From positions 4,736 through 68,735 of the forward strand of contig JACPGM010000018.1 in NCBI GenBank assembly GCA_016188985.1: 64,000 nt of DNA, given 5' to 3'. Shown here piece by piece: positions 18,597 to 23,468 of this stretch (the stretch's first letter is position 1; each line of letters starts with the position of its first letter). The notes beneath the pieces are model-generated. The model saw only the letters and a list, made by a program, of their open reading frames with translations, searched no databases and was not told the DNA's origin. The DNA comes from Lentisphaerota bacterium (GTDB taxonomy: Bacteria > Verrucomicrobiota > Kiritimatiellia > JAAZAB01). The position numbers and the translations under genes were made by a program.

Positions 18597-19406
18597 ATGA
18601 AAACGAAAAATAAAGAACCAGAAGCCGCCGCAAACGAAGCAAACGGCCACGCGCTTGCCTGGGCGGAGCGCTCCGGCGTAGCCTGGTCCCGCAGGGTTAG
18701 GCGTTCGATGTTTGCTTCAACATTCCGTCTGTCGTCCGTCGTCTGTCGTCTGTCTTCTGTAGTCCATCGTCTGTTCTTCGTCGTCCGTCGTCCGTCGTCC
18801 GTCGTCCGTCCTTCGTCCTCCGCCTCTCCGGTCTGTCGTCCGTCGTCCGTCGTCTGTCGTCTGGCATCAGGCTTCACCCTCCTCGAAGTCATGCTGGTCG
18901 TGGGGATCATTGCCATCTTGGTGGCGATGCTCTTTCCGGTGATAATCGGCGTGCGCGAGAAGACCAAGCAGAGACAGGCCACGGCCGAGGCCCGCGCGAT
19001 TGCCCTGGCTCTCGATGCTTATCGCCAGGAATACGGCAAGTGGCCCGCGCAGGTCCAAACCATTGTGGACACTACCTATGTGATTACCAATAAGTGTGTC
19101 ATCCAGCCATTGCTGGGCAGCAACTGGGGCGGGTTTAACCCCAAAAATAAGCAGTTTCTTTCTCTGCCTACTAATAACCTGGATTACGCCGGAAATTACC
19201 TGGATCCCTGGGGGATTCCTTACGTCGTCGGTATTGACCAAAACGAGGATAACACGTTGTTATTCTACTATGTTGGTTCTTACGTAGCTTCCAACCCGCC
19301 GCTGGGCAATACCAATATTAACCTGAGCAACTCAGTAGCCAATACCAAGGCCGGCGCTGCCTCGCTGGGTAAAAGCTCCGATACCCTGAACTGGAAGTCA
19401 TGGTAG
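18597..19406 (+). CDS. GspG-like major pseudopilin candidate with very long predicted leader
   Basis: G|FTLLEVMLVVGIIAILVAMLFPV..EARAIALALDAYRQEYGKWP...LDPWGIPYVV (GspG-type DPWG.PY). ATG 18597 gives a 92-aa leader. The track ORF starts at TTG 18564. ATG at codon 49 of the track ORF is an alternative. Confidence 0.8.
   Translation: MKTKNKEPEAAANEANGHALAWAERSGVAWSRRVRRSMFASTFRLSSVVCRLSSVVHRLFFVVRRPSSVVRPSSSASPVCRPSSVVCRLASGFTLLEVMLVVGIIAILVAMLFPVIIGVREKTKQRQATAEARAIALALDAYRQEYGKWPAQVQTIVDTTYVITNKCVIQPLLGSNWGGFNPKNKQFLSLPTNNLDYAGNYLDPWGIPYVVGIDQNEDNTLLFYYVGSYVASNPPLGNTNINLSNSVANTKAGAASLGKSSDTLNWKSW
18725..18862 (+). repeat. About 20-unit CGTC-type heptad array (includes 4 perfect CGTCGTC units at 18779-18806); right arm of the MazEF bracket
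   Basis: CCGTCTGTCGTCCGTCGTCTGTCGTCTGTCTTCTGTAGTCC...CGTCGTCCGTCGTCCGTCGTCCGTCGTC...CTCTCCGGTCTGTCGTCCGTCGTCCGTCGTCTGTCGTCTGG. It is the reverse-complement sense of 17726-17873. Confidence 0.9.
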
Positions 19407-19518
19407 TTGGAAAACGGCGGTAGGCCGTGGGCTGTGCCCTTCGCTCGCCTCGGTGTAGCCTCCGGCGGAGCCTGGGTGCGACAGCTACAAAAATTATTAG
19501 TGATTAAAAAATTTGCTT

Positions 19519-20037
19519 ATGAAACCTACAGTCTACAGCCTACGGCCTACAGTTGGCCTCCGGGCTGCCTTCACTCTCCTCGAGCTCCTGTTGGTCATGG
19601 TGGTGGTGGTGACCATGCTGACCCTTTCCCTGCCGGCCTTCATCAATATCGGGCGGGGAATGAGTATGCGCACGGCGGTCAATAGCGTCTACGCCACGCT
19701 CGCCCTGACGCGCCAGTGGGCCATCACCCACCGCGAAGAAATCACCTTCGTGGCCAAGACCAATCTGGTCTATCCCAACGATGCAGGCGCCCTGGTCACC
19801 AATCCGGCCTATTACGCCACCAACCAGTCCGGCGTAATAGTGCAGAAAGGCACTCCTTTGCCCGCAGATGTGACCTTTGACCAGACTTTGGGTGCAACCA
19901 GTCTGACCTTCAAGACCGACGGCGGGTTAACAGGATCCGGCACTGAGGAAAAGATCGTGTTGCTAGACCGCAAGAACTCTAACATCAAGACGAACATCAT
20001 TATTAAGAAGATGACCGGCGGGATCAGGGTGGAATGA
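19519..20037 (+). CDS. GspH/FimT-like minor pseudopilin
   Basis: MKPTVYSLRPTVGLRA A|FTLLELLLVMVVVVTMLTL..NSVYATLALTRQWAI. The track ORF starts at TTG 19513; ATG 19519 preferred. Confidence 0.7.
   Translation: MKPTVYSLRPTVGLRAAFTLLELLLVMVVVVTMLTLSLPAFINIGRGMSMRTAVNSVYATLALTRQWAITHREEITFVAKTNLVYPNDAGALVTNPAYYATNQSGVIVQKGTPLPADVTFDQTLGATSLTFKTDGGLTGSGTEEKIVLLDRKNSNIKTNIIIKKMTGGIRVE
19525..19553 (+). repeat. CCTACAG heptamers (4 units) inside the leader-coding region
   Basis: CCTACAG TCTACAG CCTACGG CCTACAG. The same family occurs at 23595-23627. Confidence 0.85.
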
Positions 20038-20044
20038 CGCGGAA

Positions 20045-20647
20045 ATGCAGAATTCAGAATGCAGAATGATGAAACCGGAAATTAGAAGACAGCCTGCCGC
20101 CGGCAGTTGCCGCTCCTTGTTCTCCATTCGGAGTTGGGCGTTGGACGTTGGGCGTTGGACGTTTGCTTTTCTGTTGGGGCGTCCGTCATCCGCCTTCAGC
20201 CTGATCGAAGTCACCCTGGCGATGATGGTCATGGCGGTGGGCATTCTTGGCATTATGGTCTTGTTTCCCGCCGCCTTGCAGCAGAACGAGCGCTCGATCG
20301 GGGATACCCACGCCGCCGTCTTCGCCGAAGAGGTTTTTGCGGGCTTGCAGGCCAAGGCCGGAACAAACTGGGCAACTCTGGAAGCCTTCACTATGCCCAT
20401 AGCGGCGGCAAATATGTGGAGCAACCTTCCTGCAGTGCGCGCTACTAATTACCCAAAAATTTCGACGAATAGATATTTGGTTCCTTCAGAACCATATGAA
20501 GATCACGCTTTGCGCTACTGTCTGGCGACCAACTCCAGTGCCGTCGGCCTCCGCAAAAATGTTACGCTCTTTGTCTGGCCGGGCGAGTTTGGCGGGACCA
20601 ACGACCCCGACATTTTCTATATGGAGTTTTTCCGGTGGAAGCCGTGA
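20045..20647 (+). CDS. GspI-like minor pseudopilin
   Basis: A|FSLIEVTLAMMVMAVGILGIMVLFPAALQ. Possible starts at ATG 20045, 20066 or 20069; all lie upstream of repeat-derived codons (WALDVGRWTF). Confidence 0.65.
   Translation: MQNSECRMMKPEIRRQPAAGSCRSLFSIRSWALDVGRWTFAFLLGRPSSAFSLIEVTLAMMVMAVGILGIMVLFPAALQQNERSIGDTHAAVFAEEVFAGLQAKAGTNWATLEAFTMPIAAANMWSNLPAVRATNYPKISTNRYLVPSEPYEDHALRYCLATNSSAVGLRKNVTLFVWPGEFGGTNDPDIFYMEFFRWKP
20124..20166 (-). repeat. Complement-sense CCAACGY array inside the leader of the 20045 ORF
   Basis: CCATTCG GAGTTGG GCGTTGG ACGTTGG GCGTTGG ACGTTTGC is the reverse complement of the 15203-15263 architecture, including both caps. Confidence 0.85.
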
Positions 20648-20652
20648 GGAGT

Positions 20653-20820
20653 AACCACGAAACACACGGAACACACGAAATGGATGAGGACAAGATTCTC
20701 TACCGTGAGGAGAGCTATCGGATAATGGGCGCCTGTTTTGAGGTTTACATGGAAAAAGGAAATGGATTTCTTGAAAGATTTGTTCTCTAAACTTTCGTGT
20801 ATTTAGTGTGTTTCGTGGTT
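20653..20820. repeat. Inverted CACGAAA-type arrays enclosing a truncated gene fragment
   Basis: AACCACGAAACACACGGAACACACGAAA (20653-20680) versus TTTCGTGTATTTAGTGTGTTTCGTGGTT (20793-20820). The left arm starts 6 nt after the stop at 20647. Confidence 0.85.
20680..20790 (+). pseudogene. Truncated GxxExxY-family gene (N-terminal 36 codons only)
   Basis: MDEDKILYREESYRIMGACFEVYMEKGNGFLERFVL* matches the N-terminus of GxxExxY proteins (E.sy.I.ga.feV...lG.GflE). It stops at the signature motif; full-length members are about 120-130 aa. Confidence 0.6.
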
Positions 20821-20857
20821 AAATGTTTCTGCTGGACGCTATGAAGACGGAGACCGG

Positions 20858-21127
20858 ATGACTGGACGAGTTAAAATCATCGGGAAGCGCCGGCCGGCGG
20901 CCGGGTTTGAGCAGGCCGCGGCCTTTTTGGATACCGTGGTCGCCTTGCGCGGCGACCAACCCTTTATTCCCAGGGGTTATTACCGGTTTAAAACATTTGC
21001 TGAAGCGCAGGCTTGGTCAATTCGCATGATGGCGCGCACGGGACGGAGGACGGACGACAGGCGCCAGATCGGAGAAGAGGGACGGCGGATCAGGAGCAAA
21101 GAAGCAAGCGCCCAACATTCAACGTGA
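20858..21127 (+). CDS. Hypothetical small protein; last about 28 codons are heptad-array derived
   Basis: FIPRGYYRFKTFAEAQAWSIRMM core, then RTGRRTDDRRQIGEEGRRIR encoded by GACG-type array 21040-21090. Possible partner of the downstream nucleotidyltransferase-like gene. Confidence 0.45.
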   Translation: MTGRVKIIGKRRPAAGFEQAAAFLDTVVALRGDQPFIPRGYYRFKTFAEAQAWSIRMMARTGRRTDDRRQIGEEGRRIRSKEASAQHST

Positions 21128-21342
21128 CTGCTCAGGTCATCAAGAAATGAAACTACGAAACACACGAAAGGCACGAAAATGGGAATGGAAATTGCATTCA
21201 AATTTCGCGTATTTTCCGCCAGAGGCGGATCTGCCTCAGGCATGACGCGCATTTCGTAGTTTCCACCTGAGGCGGATCCGCCACGGGCGGAAATTGTTTT
21301 CTCAGATACCTGAGTAGTTACGAATAAAGAACGGCGAACAGA

Positions 21343-21825
21343 ATGCCTGACAATCACAACCAAGAATCCAGGCCGCCAACCCTGAATGACTTGGTAAATC
21401 TTTGCCGTCGGCTCAACGACGCTGGCGCCAATTATATGGTCATTGGGGGTATGGCCATTATTCAGCAGGGATTTGTCCGGGCAACCGAAGATATTGATTT
21501 GCTGATTGATGCCTTGCCGGAAAATCAGGATAGGGTCAGACAGGCGCTGCTGGAGTTGCCGGATGGCGCTGTCAAGGAAATGAAGCCCAAAGATCTGGAG
21601 ACTTACCTTGTCGTGCGTGTAGCCGATGAAATTGTGGTGGATTTAATGAAATCGGCCGGCGGCATCGAATTCAAGGAAGCTTCCCGTGATATCGAATGGG
21701 TGGCTATTCATGGCGTTAACATCCCCTTTGCGAGTGCCCAACTGCTGTGGCGTATGAAACAGACCGTGCGCGAAAAGGATGCGCTCGATCGAGTGTTTCT
21801 GAAGGAAAAGCTGAGAAAAGCATAG
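21343..21825 (+). CDS. Nucleotidyltransferase-fold protein (minimal NTase, TA/Abi-associated type)
   Basis: NYMVIGGMAIIQQGFVRATEDIDLLID resembles the G-x-A..G..R.T.D(I/L)D NTase core of small stand-alone NTases. Family assignment by eye only. Confidence 0.55.
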   Translation: MPDNHNQESRPPTLNDLVNLCRRLNDAGANYMVIGGMAIIQQGFVRATEDIDLLIDALPENQDRVRQALLELPDGAVKEMKPKDLETYLVVRVADEIVVDLMKSAGGIEFKEASRDIEWVAIHGVNIPFASAQLLWRMKQTVREKDALDRVFLKEKLRKA

Positions 21826-21866
21826 CCCGCGGAAGCATGTAGAGCGCAAAGCGTTAAGCGTGAATT

Positions 21867-22688
21867 ATGAACCATGGACAACAATCTGAGAAAAAAACAG
21901 GCTATGCCAATGGCATGTCTAACGGTTTTCGCTTCGCGTTTGACGCTCTCCGCTCTCCGCTCTCCGCTCTCCGTGCTTTCACCCTCATCGAGGTCCTCGT
22001 GGCCATGGCGGTCCTGGCGGTTCTGCTCCTGATGGCGGCCAATGTCTTCCAGGGCAGTTCCACCGCCTGGCTGATCGGCACCCAGAAAGCCGATATGAAC
22101 ACCTCCGCCCGCGCCGCCCTGGATTTCATGGCCCGCGAACTCGCCAGCGCCGTGGCCGGGCCGATTGAGAAAGCTATTGGCGGTGGAGCGCAGTATCTGC
22201 AATTTCGGGTAGAGGACCTCGATGACATCCGGTTTCTGGCTTTAAGTAATGACCCAGACGCATCCGGAAACGAGCGCGCGGTGCGCGGCGTTTTTTTCTG
22301 GCATGATGATACCGTAGATAAAAATACATTAAAATATGATCGTGAGGTGAGCACGCCTGCTACGCTGGATTGTTATGCCGTTGCCTCACCTGCCTGGCAC
22401 GATGGCCGTAGCAGCAGTTCTGTGCTGATTACCAATGTCTTGGCCCTCAATTTTTATGTGTATACTAGCGAGACCGGCCTGTTAGCCACTAATTTTATCA
22501 GCCCTCCGCAAACGCTGACTGAATTGCCATTCTGCGTAGATATCAGCATCGAGACGATAAGCGATGATGACATGCGGAAATATAACAAGCTGAGCGGCGC
22601 CGATCAGGCAAACTTCCGCGCCCGCAACGCCAAGCTCTATACCACCCGCGTCTATTCCCTGAACCGGGTGGGGTATCAAGCGCGGTGA
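21867..22688 (+). CDS. GspJ/PilW-like minor pseudopilin
   Basis: A|FTLIEVLVAMAVLAVLLLMAANVFQG...SARAALDFMARELASAV. Start at ATG 21867 or ATG 21915. Confidence 0.7.
   Translation: MNHGQQSEKKTGYANGMSNGFRFAFDALRSPLSALRAFTLIEVLVAMAVLAVLLLMAANVFQGSSTAWLIGTQKADMNTSARAALDFMARELASAVAGPIEKAIGGGAQYLQFRVEDLDDIRFLALSNDPDASGNERAVRGVFFWHDDTVDKNTLKYDREVSTPATLDCYAVASPAWHDGRSSSSVLITNVLALNFYVYTSETGLLATNFISPPQTLTELPFCVDISIETISDDDMRKYNKLSGADQANFRARNAKLYTTRVYSLNRVGYQAR
21945..21972 (+). repeat. Four perfect GCTCTCC heptamers inside the leader-coding region (second copy)
   Basis: Identical 28-nt tract to 16471-16498, again encoding ALRSPLSALR directly before AFTLIE. Confidence 0.9.
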
Positions 22689-22693
22689 TGCAG

Positions 22694-22708
22694 CCGGACG
22701 ACAGACGG
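22694..22708 (+). repeat. Short GACG-type array 6 nt after a stop codon; left arm of the DUF433/DUF5615 bracket
   Basis: CCGGACGACAGACGG follows TGA 22686-22688. Confidence 0.6.
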
Positions 22709-22833
22709 TGTAGCGGCGGTTCGTAGTTGGCCCGCTCCCAGCGGGAAGAACCGTCATCCATCGCGGAGCGGCAATAATATTTGGCATTGTTGGGTAGGAA
22801 GTGGTAGGTTTGAAGCGGAACGAGGGAAGCAAC

Positions 22834-23064
22834 ATGAAGACAATAGACCGCATTACATTCGATCCTGAAGTAATGGGCGGAAAGCCCTGCATTCGGGGAC
22901 TCCGCGTAACTGTCGGCACGCTTGTCGGACTGATTGCCGCGGGACGGACAAGGGATGAGATCCTCAAGCTGTATCCTTATCTGGAGGCGGAAGATGTCAC
23001 CCAAGCGCTTGCCTATGCCGCGTGGCGAGTTGAGGAAATTGACGTTCCCCTGGTCCCGGCGTGA
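22834..23064 (+). CDS. DUF433-family protein (putative antitoxin)
   Basis: ITFDPEVMGGKPCIRGLRVTVGTLVGLIAAGRTRDEILKLYPYLEAEDVTQAL is the DUF433 signature. Start moved to ATG 22834. Confidence 0.8.
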   Translation: MKTIDRITFDPEVMGGKPCIRGLRVTVGTLVGLIAAGRTRDEILKLYPYLEAEDVTQALAYAAWRVEEIDVPLVPA

Positions 23065-23468
23065 AGGTTCTGATCGACATGAATCTATCGCCTGCCTGGG
23101 TCTCGCCTATAGTGCAGGCGGGGTACACGGCGACGCACTGGTCTTCGGTCGGATCGCCCAATGCCGCTGACCGGGAGATACTGGGCTGGGCAAGGCGGAA
23201 TAATTATGTCGTTTTTACCCACGATCTCGATTTTGGCGCCATTCTTGCCGCCACCGCCGCGAATGCGCCAAGCGTTGTTCAAATCAGAACGCAAGATCCC
23301 ACGCCGATCCTTTGCGCAGAACTTCTGCTCGATATCCTCAAGCGCTACGCTCAGGAACTTTCGGCGGGAGCCTTGATCTCCGTTGAAGACGATCGGGCCA
23401 GAATCCGCATCCTTCCTCTGAAGCGCGATGGAATCGGAGCGGAACATGAGATCAATCATGAACATTGA
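23061..23468 (+). CDS. DUF5615-family PIN-like protein (putative toxin)
   Basis: MKVLIDMNLSPAWV....REILGWARRNNYVVFTHDLDFG. GTG start overlaps the DUF433 stop (GTGA). Confidence 0.8.
   Translation: MKVLIDMNLSPAWVSPIVQAGYTATHWSSVGSPNAADREILGWARRNNYVVFTHDLDFGAILAATAANAPSVVQIRTQDPTPILCAELLLDILKRYAQELSAGALISVEDDRARIRILPLKRDGIGAEHEINHEH

Noticed and set aside
17655-18982. ORFs translating the arrays: 17655-17972 (+) and 18473-18982 (-). Similar array-derived ORFs occur outside this span at 2320-2592, 15126-15575 (-) and 23465-23723
   Set aside because: Their sequences are RTTDD/SSVV-type periodic translations of the heptad arrays and palindromes. They overlap better-supported genes or intergenic structure.
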